A stretch of DNA of 46,878 nt, taken from IMG/VR virus record IMGVR_UViG_2529292735_000017; one strand, 5' to 3'. Within the stretch, counting starts at the first letter, position 1. Every line of letters begins with the position of its first letter. A program made the translations under genes and the position numbers. Below are positions 1-9,014 of this stretch, piece after piece. Below the pieces are notes generated by a model. The model did no database searches, had not been told where the DNA came from, and was given only the letters and a program-made list of their open reading frames with translations. The stretch comes from a virus. Its lineage: Duplodnaviria; Heunggongvirae; Uroviricota; Caudoviricetes.

Positions 1-1
1 A

Positions 2-1297
2 TTAATTTTTCATTGCTTCGTTATGGGGCATGGTTGGGGCAAACTCGCTTAACTGTGTATTTAACAAAGCTACCTGTGCATTATTGTTTTCAGACATCCA
101 TTTTCCGTATACCTGAAATACCATTTGCGCATCTGCATGGCCCATCTGGTTTGCTATAAATGCCGGGTTAGCACCAGCTGTCAGCGACCAGCAGGCATAA
201 GTATGTCTCGACTGATATGATTTTCGATGGCGGAGTCCGGCACGTTTTATCGCTGCGTCCCACATCTGCCTTATTGAGTCAACGGTAAAATGGTCACCAT
301 AATTTTTTACTCTCGCTGACACTTCAGGTTGAAAAACAAAGGTGCATTTATGTTTTTCTGTTCTGCCATACTCTCTGAGGTGAACATCAATGATATGCTC
401 TTTGCTCAGTCTCGTTAATGTCATCTGACTCCGGAGAGCGTCGATTGCTGGCTTAATAAGATGAATGACCCGATTGGTTCCCGCCTGTGTTTTTGGTACC
501 GTGAAACGGTCTTTTGCTAAATTTCTCCTGATCATCATTGTTCCATTTTTCAGATCTATGTCCTCCCATCCAAGTGCACACAGCTCACCAGGGCGAACGC
601 CAGTATAAACAGAAACACACCATAAATTTTTGGCTTGCTGATTTCTGCACGCATCGATAAGACGGATGAATTCCTCCCGCGAAAGAGGATCCGGAATGGT
701 TCTTGATTCCTTTAATGGCGAGATCCCCTTAAACGGGTTATCTGCCAGGTAACCGTTATCAACACCAAACTGGAACACGGCGTTAAGATTTGTCATGTAA
801 TTATTTACAGTTACAGCCGATCTCCCTGGTTGTGTAACAATATAGTTACTTTTGGGGATCTGGTATCCAGTCAGTAGCTCTTTACGAACCTCCAGTAATT
901 TTTCTTTATTAATCGATGAGGCAAGATTTTTTTCACCGATTATGCTCAGGATATTTTTGATGACGGCACGGTATGTGTTGAGTGATGTTTTTGCGACTTC
1001 AGTTTCTTTCAGTGCCAGAAATTTTTCAGCCAGTTCTTTTATGGTTAAATCTTGTCGGGCCTCACCAAATTTTTCCAGATTGCGTGAGGAGGGAAACTGT
1101 TTTGCATAGTCGAAAACACCAGTTTTTATTGCGTAACAAACAGAGGCGCGTAGCTCACCTGCAACGCGCCTGTTTTTTGCTGTGTCAGGAACCCCCAGGT
1201 TTTCCCTGACTCTTACGCCTTTATAAACAAACCAGATACGTAATTTCCCTCCATGGTTTTCCACGCCTGTCGGATATTTCATTTCAACTTCTCTCAT
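2..1297 (-). CDS. int: Tyrosine-type site-specific integrase (lambda Int family)
   Basis: 431-aa ORF; integrase-like N-terminus and C-terminal catalytic region (…SRHTYACWSL…QMGHADAQMVFQVYGKW) with R/H/Y pattern; terminal position in prophage. Confidence 0.9.
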   Translation of the reverse strand: MREVEMKYPTGVENHGGKLRIWFVYKGVRVRENLGVPDTAKNRRVAGELRASVCYAIKTGVFDYAKQFPSSRNLEKFGEARQDLTIKELAEKFLALKETEVAKTSLNTYRAVIKNILSIIGEKNLASSINKEKLLEVRKELLTGYQIPKSNYIVTQPGRSAVTVNNYMTNLNAVFQFGVDNGYLADNPFKGISPLKESRTIPDPLSREEFIRLIDACRNQQAKNLWCVSVYTGVRPGELCALGWEDIDLKNGTMMIRRNLAKDRFTVPKTQAGTNRVIHLIKPAIDALRSQMTLTRLSKEHIIDVHLREYGRTEKHKCTFVFQPEVSARVKNYGDHFTVDSIRQMWDAAIKRAGLRHRKSYQSRHTYACWSLTAGANPAFIANQMGHADAQMVFQVYGKWMSENNNAQVALLNTQLSEFAPTMPHNEAMKN

Positions 1298-1316
1298 TAG
1301 TTAGTGTGGCTTTTAG

Positions 1317-1568
1317 TCAAGTAAGATGACGTCTTGGTCTTGCTGATGCCTGGCGCTCAATCCAGCGATCAATTTCTTCCAGGTTGTAAAAGCATGGACT
1401 GTTATCCCATGGCATACCGTCATGAGCGACATGCTTATATTCCCTTCCTTCCATAAACGATTTTTCCCGGGCCTTTTTTAACGTACCTTTTTTTATTCCT
1501 TTCAGCGCAATTAACTGCTCTTCGGATACCCATTTGCCGGGAGAGACAATCATGATTACTTCGCTCAT
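1317..1568 (-). CDS. Small excisionase-like protein (putative Xis)
   Basis: 83-aa ORF immediately upstream of int on same strand; assignment by position and size, not by a motif I can verify. Confidence 0.5.
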   Translation of the reverse strand: MSEVIMIVSPGKWVSEEQLIALKGIKKGTLKKAREKSFMEGREYKHVAHDGMPWDNSPCFYNLEEIDRWIERQASARPRRHLT

Positions 1569-1640
1569 CGATTTCTTTATCTCTTACATCAGACGAGCGC
1601 CGGTTGCAGAATACCAGTCACAACCGGCGACAGTTGAACA

Positions 1641-4112
1641 TTAAGAATCAGCCTGACTCGGGATCAGTTTTTGCCAGATAGCTGAAACGTATTTTGCCTG
1701 GTAACGGGCGTCATCAAGTGCATTATGGCGCTCACCTTCGAATGGAATAGCCGTTCTGGCATCGAAGTCTATGGCTTTCCCCAGCTCAACGATTGTGCGT
1801 ACATCGCGATCGTTGTAGTAACGCCACGGGCAGGGGATCCCCTGCCGTTCGTATGAACGGCGCAAAATCGTGTTGTCGAAGTTGGCTCCATTTCCCCAGA
1901 CATGAACAAAAAATTCACCGGAGTTTTCGTCGATAAATTCCCGCAATTGTAACAGTGCATCATCTAACGGGATTTCATCGGTCATAATGGCAGATTGCGC
2001 TTCGCGTGATTGTTTAAGCCACCATTTAATGGTGTCCCGATCAATGACTCCGCCAGCAGTTTCCAGATCGATAGTCTTACTAAATTCCGGTCCCATATCT
2101 CCGGTTTGCGGATCGAAAAATATTGCACCTATTGAGATAATCGGGGCATCGGGATTTTTTCCCATGGTTTCAAGGTCGATCATCAGATGAATCCCCGCTC
2201 TGCTGGTGGATGTGAGATTATGATGACCGTTCACCTTAATTAAGGGATCTGACGCCTCGCCAGTTTCACTATCGCTGGCATGATGCTGATTGCTGCCAGT
2301 GTTCTCCTTGTGCTGATGCGCAGAGCCTTCCATTTCCTCCAGATCATTTTTCTGAACTTCAGGCTGATTCTCTCCATCGAATATTTCCTGGTATGTTGCG
2401 TCACCCATCACCGCACCACAATCAGGGCAGTTGCCGCCACCGCTCTGACCGCAGGCGGTGCAGATCTTTTCCGGTTCCTGTTGCACTACTGGTTCAGGTT
2501 GTTTCGTTTCTGGCTCGTTTTGTTGCGTATTTGGGCTGTTTTGTTCCGCTTTCTGGTCGTTCTGTTCCGTTTCTTGCTGGTTCTGGTTCACAGAATCGCG
2601 GGTCTGGATCCCCTTAATCCATTTCGGATCATTCGGGTCGCTAATCCCTTCAACAAATTCACCACGTGATACTGCAAGCAGTTCATCGGCGTCAGGCTGG
2701 CTGATATTGGCTGCCTGCATAATTTTGTTTACTTCGTCAGCGGTAACTTTTACTGACCCTGGTTGTGCGGTCGTGTCAGATGCACCAGTATTTTGTTGTG
2801 AACCTGAGTATGTACCGTTTTTGCGGGCGAAATATTCTTCTTTCGTGATTTCAGTAGCCCCAGCAGACAGCGCCTTATCCAGACCAGAAAGTTTATTTGC
2901 GCGACCGTATTTTTCGCCATCCTTGTCGGTGAAGAGGAAGTAGAACGGCCCCTCACGTTCTACAGATGGTTCGACTTCCACTTTGCATTCGGTTTTTTCG
3001 TTGTCTGGAATTGCCGTTTCCACTGCATCAGTTTCTGGTACTGGCGACGAGAGAGTATCAGTTGCGCTCTGATTTGTTCCTTCATCTTCAAACACGCCCT
3101 TTGTAGTCAGGTATTCAGTAATGTATTTGTTCAGTGCCACAGGGTCTTTGTGAATGTCGATCGGACGTTCACGGACAAGGCCAAAAATAGTCTGGCGGTC
3201 GTAGCGAAGGGCATCAGGCTGTTTGCGCATTGATGCCGAGATACGCTTCCAGTCTTCGCGGTCGTTGTCGATAACTTCATTTTTTGCCCAGCGATGGATG
3301 CTGCCGTCAATGTTTCCGGCATCCACATCACCAGGCCAGAGAGCGTAGGCCAGTTCGTCATCCAGTGTTTTCCATGTCTGCTTGTATTCGCGATGAATGG
3401 CAGCAATGACCGGGTTGATTTTTCCTGTTGAATTTTCAGTGTGCTGTTGATTGGCTCTGGCGCGGGCGAGATCAACAACAGACGTGTATTTTCCGGCTTC
3501 CTTGCGTTCACCTTCGCGACGTTTTTTCCAGATGCGCATCTCTGCCTGAATTTCGGGCCATTTGGCACCAGGCTTACATTTATGCTTAACCCACCCGATG
3601 GCATGCAGCTTAAGCTCCGGATACATAGCGTTAACTTCTGGCATTTTCATCAACGCTTCAACGATATGGCCGTCGAATGTTGCCATGTCTTCCTGCAACA
3701 ATTCCTGTGCGCTAATCACCATATCAACAGTGATGTTTTCACATGTGTCGAACTTAACCATGACAGCGTTCTGTACTTCAGGGGCTAGGTTGTCAAAAGT
3801 GACGTTCATCGGATCGGATTCAGTCTCGACCGGGACAAAGGAAGCAGACGCCTCATCCCAGCGGTTTTCCTGCATATATTCAGCATCCCAGGAATCGAGG
3901 GCAGGGCGGGGTATACCGGGTTTATCCTCGCAAACAAGAAATTTATAAGCGCAGTCCTGAGCAGCCGGATAATGTTCCAGGAATTGCCAGTGAAATTTTG
4001 CGCGGGCGCGACGTTCATCACCGGCTTCAATGGCAGTGGCTACAGCGACGGCACCTTCTTCCTTTATTGCCTGTTCGTCCGGAATGGCGGCGCAAATAAA
4101 GACTTTACTCAT
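1641..4112 (-). CDS. Large exonuclease (exodeoxyribonuclease VIII-like) with C-terminal DnaQ-like 3'-5' exonuclease domain
   Basis: 823-aa ORF; C-terminal DEDD-type exonuclease pattern (…IDLETMG…HVWGNGANFD…HNALDDARY…); internal low-complexity Q/E/P-rich segment and CxxC…CxxC cluster. Confidence 0.7.
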   Translation of the reverse strand: MSKVFICAAIPDEQAIKEEGAVAVATAIEAGDERRARAKFHWQFLEHYPAAQDCAYKFLVCEDKPGIPRPALDSWDAEYMQENRWDEASASFVPVETESDPMNVTFDNLAPEVQNAVMVKFDTCENITVDMVISAQELLQEDMATFDGHIVEALMKMPEVNAMYPELKLHAIGWVKHKCKPGAKWPEIQAEMRIWKKRREGERKEAGKYTSVVDLARARANQQHTENSTGKINPVIAAIHREYKQTWKTLDDELAYALWPGDVDAGNIDGSIHRWAKNEVIDNDREDWKRISASMRKQPDALRYDRQTIFGLVRERPIDIHKDPVALNKYITEYLTTKGVFEDEGTNQSATDTLSSPVPETDAVETAIPDNEKTECKVEVEPSVEREGPFYFLFTDKDGEKYGRANKLSGLDKALSAGATEITKEEYFARKNGTYSGSQQNTGASDTTAQPGSVKVTADEVNKIMQAANISQPDADELLAVSRGEFVEGISDPNDPKWIKGIQTRDSVNQNQQETEQNDQKAEQNSPNTQQNEPETKQPEPVVQQEPEKICTACGQSGGGNCPDCGAVMGDATYQEIFDGENQPEVQKNDLEEMEGSAHQHKENTGSNQHHASDSETGEASDPLIKVNGHHNLTSTSRAGIHLMIDLETMGKNPDAPIISIGAIFFDPQTGDMGPEFSKTIDLETAGGVIDRDTIKWWLKQSREAQSAIMTDEIPLDDALLQLREFIDENSGEFFVHVWGNGANFDNTILRRSYERQGIPCPWRYYNDRDVRTIVELGKAIDFDARTAIPFEGERHNALDDARYQAKYVSAIWQKLIPSQADS

Positions 4113-4204
4113 TTTGTTTTACCTCATTACAGATTTAAGGGTGAACAAATCCCTGCCATTGCTGGCATATAAGAATGAAATCGGATGTTTATTACGGAAC
4201 TGTT

Positions 4205-4396
4205 TTAAAGACCTGCCGGGATTTCGTTATTATCCTGGTGAATAACTTTATCGACCGGGTAACAGTTACCGGGAATTTTCTGTTCGGTTGCTGCAGTCAC
4301 ACACTCCTGCATTGTCCTGTGAACACTGACTGCAATATCAACTGGCTCTCCGGAAACAAGAAAAACTGTCAGAACAAGTGCAAATGCTGTATTCAT
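4205..4396 (-). CDS. ydfD: YdfD-like small protein (dicB operon)
   Basis: Internal Met gives 63-aa product MNTAFALVLTVFLVSGEPVDIAVSVHRTMQEC… matching my recollection of Qin YdfD; overlaps dicB stop. Confidence 0.7.
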   Translation of the reverse strand: MNTAFALVLTVFLVSGEPVDIAVSVHRTMQECVTAATEQKIPGNCYPVDKVIHQDNNEIPAGL

Positions 4397-4581
4397 TGCC
4401 AGCATCCTTTTTGTATCGGACGTAAACGGGCCAACATTGAAAGAATGCATATTTTATTTAATAGCTTCCGTTCGTGTTTTCTCTTGTTAATGGCATCTTC
4501 AGTAAATACAGGGTTACTGATAGTGACACCAATTTCAAAACAACCTTCAGACGTATTAACGTTTGGTAATAACGTTTCCAT
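4393..4581 (-). CDS. dicB: Cell division inhibitor DicB
   Basis: 62-aa product METLLPNVNTSEGCFEIGVTISNPVFTEDAINKRK… closely matches remembered K-12 DicB; correct spacing downstream of dicF. Confidence 0.8.
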   Translation of the reverse strand: METLLPNVNTSEGCFEIGVTISNPVFTEDAINKRKHERKLLNKICILSMLARLRPIQKGCWQ

Positions 4582-4755
4582 TATCGCGTCCTCAACAATG
4601 AATTTTGTGATGCGGTGCCTGGTGCCTCCAGGTGACGTTAACCAGTTAACAATTAACGCCGGATACAGAGAATCCACCCATAACACTGTTTTTGGTTTTA
4701 ACTGTTCCGCGTGCGCTCAGCCGCATTCACCGCATCACAAAATTCACTTTAAAAA

Positions 4756-4808
4756 GGGCGGCAGAGCAGTCACGGAGTAAAACTGATACCGCCAAACGTC
4801 ACCAGAAA
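4756..4808 (-). ncRNA. dicF: DicF small RNA (ftsZ-targeting)
   Basis: Minus-strand sequence TTTCTGGTGACGTTTGGCGGTATCAGTTTTACTCCGTGACTGCTCTGCCGCCC followed by a U-run matches my recollection of the 53-nt DicF; lies in the spacer upstream of dicB as in Qin. Confidence 0.75.
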
Positions 4809-5252
4809 ATTGATAACAGAGGGCGTTGCAGCGGGGTTGTCACTTAAGCGTATGGTCAACCTGACAACTCGGTGTCCTCAACGGGGAAGGAATAACCCCG
4901 CCATACTTACCGCCGCGCCATTTCGCGGGTTGCCACAACCGGAAGCGCACGGTCGAATTAAATTTAACGACACCGTACAGTGAGACGAACTTCGCCGTGC
5001 GCTTTCGTGTTGTATGCCTGCTTTTAACCACGTCAGGCGAGGTGGTATCCTTCTTATCCCGAATAACCAAGAAGGAAATCTATATGACTAAAGAAGAATT
5101 TATCTCTTATATTTTTGATAAAACGGTTGAAATGTATGCCGCTACTTACGGGTCCTGTAATCCTCTGAATAAACCAGAGGGGAAAGATGATTTCGACAAA
5201 ATTTACCGCTTCTTGGAGGACCGCTATATCAAAAGGTTAGAGGACGCAGGGA

Positions 5253-5630
5253 TCAAATCCCCAGTGAAGTCACCATTGTCCTGAGAACTTGCAGGACGTC
5301 ATGATCGTAACTTCCATCCAAACCGCGACGGCAAATTGCTTCTCGTATTACCGGAAGCAGTTCGCTGGAAATCTCGGTGCATATTTCACCTGATAATACG
5401 CCTGGCTCAAGTGAGAATATTGGTGAACTTACGGTCTTGGTCTCGACAGTTTCAGAGTCAGTGCCAACATTATAAAGCTCAACGAAAGCGGTCTTGATTT
5501 TCCGGGCCAGATCTTTTGCTGGCTCGCTTGCAATATCTTTCCCGATTTCTCGCAGCACAGAATGCAATGTATGAGCTGCTGTTTTCTGTACATCAGACGG
5601 TAAATCTTTAAATTCCATCGTCAGCCTCAT
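5253..5630 (-). CDS. YdfB/YdfC-like protein (dicB operon)
   Basis: 125-aa ORF at the position and combined length of ydfB+ydfC in Qin; true start may be the Met at 5618. Confidence 0.5.
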   Translation of the reverse strand: MRLTMEFKDLPSDVQKTAAHTLHSVLREIGKDIASEPAKDLARKIKTAFVELYNVGTDSETVETKTVSSPIFSLEPGVLSGEICTEISSELLPVIREAICRRGLDGSYDHDVLQVLRTMVTSLGI

Positions 5631-5782
5631 CAGTCAGTGTTTCTGGCTAACCAGCAACGCGCGCCAGATTCGGTTTTAAACGTTTTGCTTTTGGTATATG
5701 TCATCGCGGTGAACGTACCGTCCTGGTTGGGGAACACGCCACATACCAGAGATTCGCTGTTGCCAAGATCGATAGTATCCAT
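5630..5782 (-). CDS. ydfA: YdfA-like small protein
   Basis: Internal Met gives 50-aa MDTIDLGNSESLVCGVFPNQDGTFTAMTYTKSKTFKTESGARCWLARNTD, matching remembered YdfA; the longer ORF-track start is rejected. Confidence 0.7.
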   Translation of the reverse strand: MDTIDLGNSESLVCGVFPNQDGTFTAMTYTKSKTFKTESGARCWLARNTD

Positions 5783-5897
5783 GCTGACCTCATTTCCCCT
5801 TAACGCCGGGGTAGCGGAACTGTTTGCTGAGAACACCGTGCGGTGTCTTGATGGAAGTAATTTAGTTTTCTCATTATTTTTCGTCAAGGTTTTTTGA

Positions 5898-5917
5898 TGA
5901 GAAAACTCAAGTATTGG
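5898..5917. promoter_or_regulatory. Putative repressor operator copy in dicB-operon promoter region
   Basis: TGAGAAAACTCAAGTATTGG shares a 13-mer (TGAGAAAACTCAA) plus TATTGG with the site at 6433-6452; lies between dicA stop and ydfA start. Confidence 0.4.
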
Positions 5918-5974
5918 CGCAAGATAAAGCCAATACATTGAAATGTAAGGCTTTAAAATTTTGTGAAGGGATGA

Positions 5975-6382
5975 TTATTGATGCTTGTTGCGTTTGCGAG
6001 CCTCTAATAGCTCGGTGAACAGGCGATTAAAATTCTCAACGCGGGCGCGGAGTTCGCTGAGTTGTGCTTGTTGCTCTGATTTAGGAAGTGCGCGATACAA
6101 ACGCAGCATCTCTAACTCATCTTCCGATAAGTCTAAGGCACTATCGAGTGAAACAGGGGGAGCTGGTGTTTTGTCCTCGTCGCCAAACAGTATCCAGGTT
6201 GGTGAACATTGCAATACCTCGGCGAGGCGATGCAAATTTTGCCCGCGCGGGGCTGTATGGTCACTTTCCCATAATGAAATTGATGAGCCAGATACGCCAG
6301 CAGCTTTGCTTAAACCGTTTTGACTTAAGCCTACCTGCTTACGTCTTTCTCTAATGCGTTGACCTAAAGTTTTCTCGTTCAT
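5975..6382 (-). CDS. dicA: HTH XRE-family prophage repressor DicA (CI analogue)
   Basis: 135 aa from Met at 6382; …GQRIRERRKQVGLSQ…LQCSPTWILFGDEDK…SEQQAQLSELRARVENFNRLFTELLEARKR closely resembles remembered DicA. Confidence 0.85.
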   Translation of the reverse strand: MNEKTLGQRIRERRKQVGLSQNGLSKAAGVSGSSISLWESDHTAPRGQNLHRLAEVLQCSPTWILFGDEDKTPAPPVSLDSALDLSEDELEMLRLYRALPKSEQQAQLSELRARVENFNRLFTELLEARKRNKHQ

Positions 6383-6399
6383 ATTTAGATATCTTAATA

Positions 6400-6459
6400 A
6401 CCCTTGACTTGAGATTCCTTGAGTGATTAGCATTGAGAAAACTCAATATTGGAGGTGCG
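6400..6459. promoter_or_regulatory. Divergent dicA/dicC promoter-operator region
   Basis: 77-bp intergenic region with three TTGAG repeats and inverted repeat ATTGAG-aaaa-CTCAAT (6432-6447); GGAGG RBS at 6451-6455. Confidence 0.5.
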
Positions 6460-6687
6460 ATGTTTAAATCAGACGTAATTAATTTTTACGGTACGAAAGC
6501 CAAAGTAGCGAAAGCTGCTGGCGTTGACCCATCTGCTGTTTCTCAATGGCAAGAGCTGGTTCCTGAAGGTCGCGCGATGCGTCTACAGGAGGCATCTGGC
6601 GGCGAGCTTCTGTATGATCCCAAGGTTTATGACGAATATCGTAAGACGAAGCGGGCGGGGCGGTTGAACAATGAAAATCACTCCTGA
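6460..6687 (+). CDS. dicC: Cro-like regulator (DicC-like)
   Basis: 75 aa from ATG at 6460 with GGAGG RBS; small basic protein divergent from the repressor; …LVPEGRAMRLQEASGGELLYDPKVYDEYRK. Confidence 0.7.
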   Translation: MFKSDVINFYGTKAKVAKAAGVDPSAVSQWQELVPEGRAMRLQEASGGELLYDPKVYDEYRKTKRAGRLNNENHS

Positions 6688-7192
6688 ACAGGCTCGTGAG
6701 GCTCTGGATGCCTGGATATGTCGACCAGGAATGACACAGGAGCAGGCGACGATATTAATCACTGAAGCATTCTGGGCTTTGAAAGAGCGCCCGAACATCG
6801 ATGTTCAGCGTGTCACAGATGAAGGTGGCGCGGTTGATCAGCGAGCGCTTGGCGTTAATCGAGTGAAGATATTCGAACGCTGGAAGGCTATCGACACTAG
6901 GGATAAGCGTGAAAAGTTCACGGCGCTAGTGCCTGCAATTATGGAGGCTATCCGGATTAATGATTTCAGGTTGTATCGTGAAATTAGTGACGGAAAAAGC
7001 ATCACGTACATGATCGCCGGGTTAAACAAAGAATATGGCGATGTGGTGGAGTCCGGACTGCTTTTTGCTGATCCTGCCGTAGTGGATCGTGAAACTGACG
7101 AACTTATAGAAAAAGCAATTGCTTTCAAACTTGCGTATCGACAGCAATACCAACAAAAAGCTGGATGGAATTATGAGCCTTCTTTTTGCTGA
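6671..7192 (+). CDS. Hypothetical protein at the cII position (possibly YdaT-like)
   Basis: 173-aa ORF overlapping the cro-like gene end; family assignment is from memory only. Confidence 0.5.
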   Translation: MKITPEQAREALDAWICRPGMTQEQATILITEAFWALKERPNIDVQRVTDEGGAVDQRALGVNRVKIFERWKAIDTRDKREKFTALVPAIMEAIRINDFRLYREISDGKSITYMIAGLNKEYGDVVESGLLFADPAVVDRETDELIEKAIAFKLAYRQQYQQKAGWNYEPSFC

Positions 7193-8138
7193 ACGCCCAC
7201 TGGTTATAAACACACAGCTTGCGATGAAGATTGGCTTAAATGAAGCCATTGTGTTGCAGCAGTTGCATTACTGGTTGAGAGATACCAATTCCGGCATGGA
7301 ATGTGATGGTGTTCGCTGGATTTACAACACAACGGAACAATGGCTGGAACAGTTCCCATTCTGGTCAGAGTCAACGTTAAAGCGCGCGTTTGCAAGTCTG
7401 AAAACGCTGGGGCTTTTGCGTTGTGAAAAGCTCAATAAATCAAAGCGCGATATGACCAATTTCTACACGATCAACTACGGGAGCGAGCTTTTAGATGGTG
7501 GCAAATTGAGCGAATCCATCGGTTTAAAATGCGCCGCTCCATCAGGTCAAAATGACACGATGGAAGAGGTCAAAATGAAACGCTCCATTGGTTCAAAACG
7601 ACCCAATGTCATCGGGTCAAAATGGCCTGATGATCTTACAGAGAATACAACAGAGATTACTACAGAGAATAAAAACACTTTTCGTCCGGAAGCTTCGCAA
7701 CCGGACCCGCAGACCGCTGAACAGGATTTTTTAACCCGGAACCCCGACGCGGTTGTGTTTAGTGCGAAAAAACGCCAGTGGGGTAGCAGGGAGGATTTGG
7801 CGTGTGCGCAGTGGATTTGGGGGCGGATCGTGAACCTTTACGAACAGGCTGCCAGCGACGATGGAGAGATCATGCGACCAAAAGAGCCTAACTGGACAGC
7901 CTGGGCCAATGACGTGCGCACAATGCGGATGCTGGATGGCAGAAGCCACAGACAAATTTGCGAAATGTTTGGTCGGGTACAGCGAGATCAATTCTGGGTA
8001 AAAAACATCATGAGCCCGTCAAAACTCCGCGAAAAATGGGACGAACTGGTCATCCGCCTGGGACGTTCACCTGTACAGCGTTGTATGAATCATATTTCTG
8101 AACCGGATACAGAAATTCCGCCTGGTTTCAGAGGATAA
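7173..8138 (+). CDS. Phage replication initiation protein (replisome-organiser-like)
   Basis: 321 aa from ATG at 7173 (overlaps upstream stop); position after the cro/cII-like genes; acidic/basic-rich middle; the longer ORF-track start is rejected. Confidence 0.65.
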   Translation: MSLLFAERPLVINTQLAMKIGLNEAIVLQQLHYWLRDTNSGMECDGVRWIYNTTEQWLEQFPFWSESTLKRAFASLKTLGLLRCEKLNKSKRDMTNFYTINYGSELLDGGKLSESIGLKCAAPSGQNDTMEEVKMKRSIGSKRPNVIGSKWPDDLTENTTEITTENKNTFRPEASQPDPQTAEQDFLTRNPDAVVFSAKKRQWGSREDLACAQWIWGRIVNLYEQAASDDGEIMRPKEPNWTAWANDVRTMRMLDGRSHRQICEMFGRVQRDQFWVKNIMSPSKLREKWDELVIRLGRSPVQRCMNHISEPDTEIPPGFRG

Positions 8139-8178
8139 GTTTTGATTTCAGGTCATGAGGTAATTTTAAGGGGGACTT

Positions 8179-8580
8179 GTGGCAAAAGTTTTTACACAAG
8201 AAGAGCGGGAAAAAATTAAAGGGCAGGTGGTGGAACTCGTGCGCCAGAGCGGTCGTGAGACGTTACGGCAACTGGAAGCTAAAACAGGTGCGACTAGATA
8301 TCTGATGAGCGTTCTTGCCAGAGAGCTGGTAGCCAGTGGCGATGTATACAACTCCGGCTACGGGTTATTCCCGTCTGAACAGGCGCGTAAGGACTGGCAA
8401 AACGCCCGCAAAAAACTATCGAGGGCAAAGGTGAAGAAAACAGCTGTGGTTGATCCGGACCTTATCTGGTCGTTACCTGATGGAGAAATACGTCGCTACG
8501 ACAGTCGCCTAAACATAATCTGTCGCGAGTGCCGGATGAGTGAAGTTATGCAGCGCATACTGGCATTTTATCAGGGATAA
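8179..8580 (+). CDS. Hypothetical protein
   Basis: 133-aa ORF with GTG start after a purine-rich stretch; no recognisable motif. Confidence 0.5.
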   Translation: MAKVFTQEEREKIKGQVVELVRQSGRETLRQLEAKTGATRYLMSVLARELVASGDVYNSGYGLFPSEQARKDWQNARKKLSRAKVKKTAVVDPDLIWSLPDGEIRRYDSRLNIICRECRMSEVMQRILAFYQG

Positions 8581-9014
8581 TGTTAGGTATTTTAGACGTT
8601 ACTAGATTAAAAAGCATTAGTTCAGGAGTGAATTGACATTCTCATTTTTCATGGCACAGGGTAGATCTGGCGTGGTTGTCCGCTTTGTGCCAAGAGCGGA
8701 CGTTGGTATGCAAGAGCCCTCCAAAAGTTGATGGTTGGTTTGCAGGGGGGCTTAAAGAAACTGCACTTATCAAGTTGAAGTTCTGTATTCAGCGAAATCG
8801 TAGCACTCTGACGATAAGTAACTCCGGTACTCCGCTCTTCGATGAAGAACCAGAGTAATCCCCCCGAAAAACCAGCGCATCAAAATTGGATCTTCAGCGG
8901 TAGCTTATCGGCTATCGGAAGTACAGGTGTGGATTCGTGGTGAATTGCTTTGATAATAAACGATTAATACGGAAAAACGCATTAATCATTTATTAGCTTT
9001 TAGTAAACCACAAT

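Noticed and set aside
4175-4780. 201-aa plus-strand ORF overlapping ydfD, dicB and dicF
   Set aside because: It is antisense to three genes with recognisable products and is Cys/low-complexity-rich, so it is treated as a shadow ORF.
5084-5284. Plus-strand 66-aa ORF with an AGGA ribosome-binding site inside the ydfC-dicF spacer
   Set aside because: It is antisense to the dicB operon transcript in a region expected to be the non-coding DicF precursor. No equivalent gene is known to me in Qin.
8581-9014. AT-rich intergenic region with a 60-aa ORF (8676-8858) between the 133-aa gene and the orphan ORF
   Set aside because: The ORF has no ribosome-binding site and sits in a convergent 3' region. 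It is more likely terminator/spacer sequence, but no convincing hairpin plus U-run was identified to annotate.
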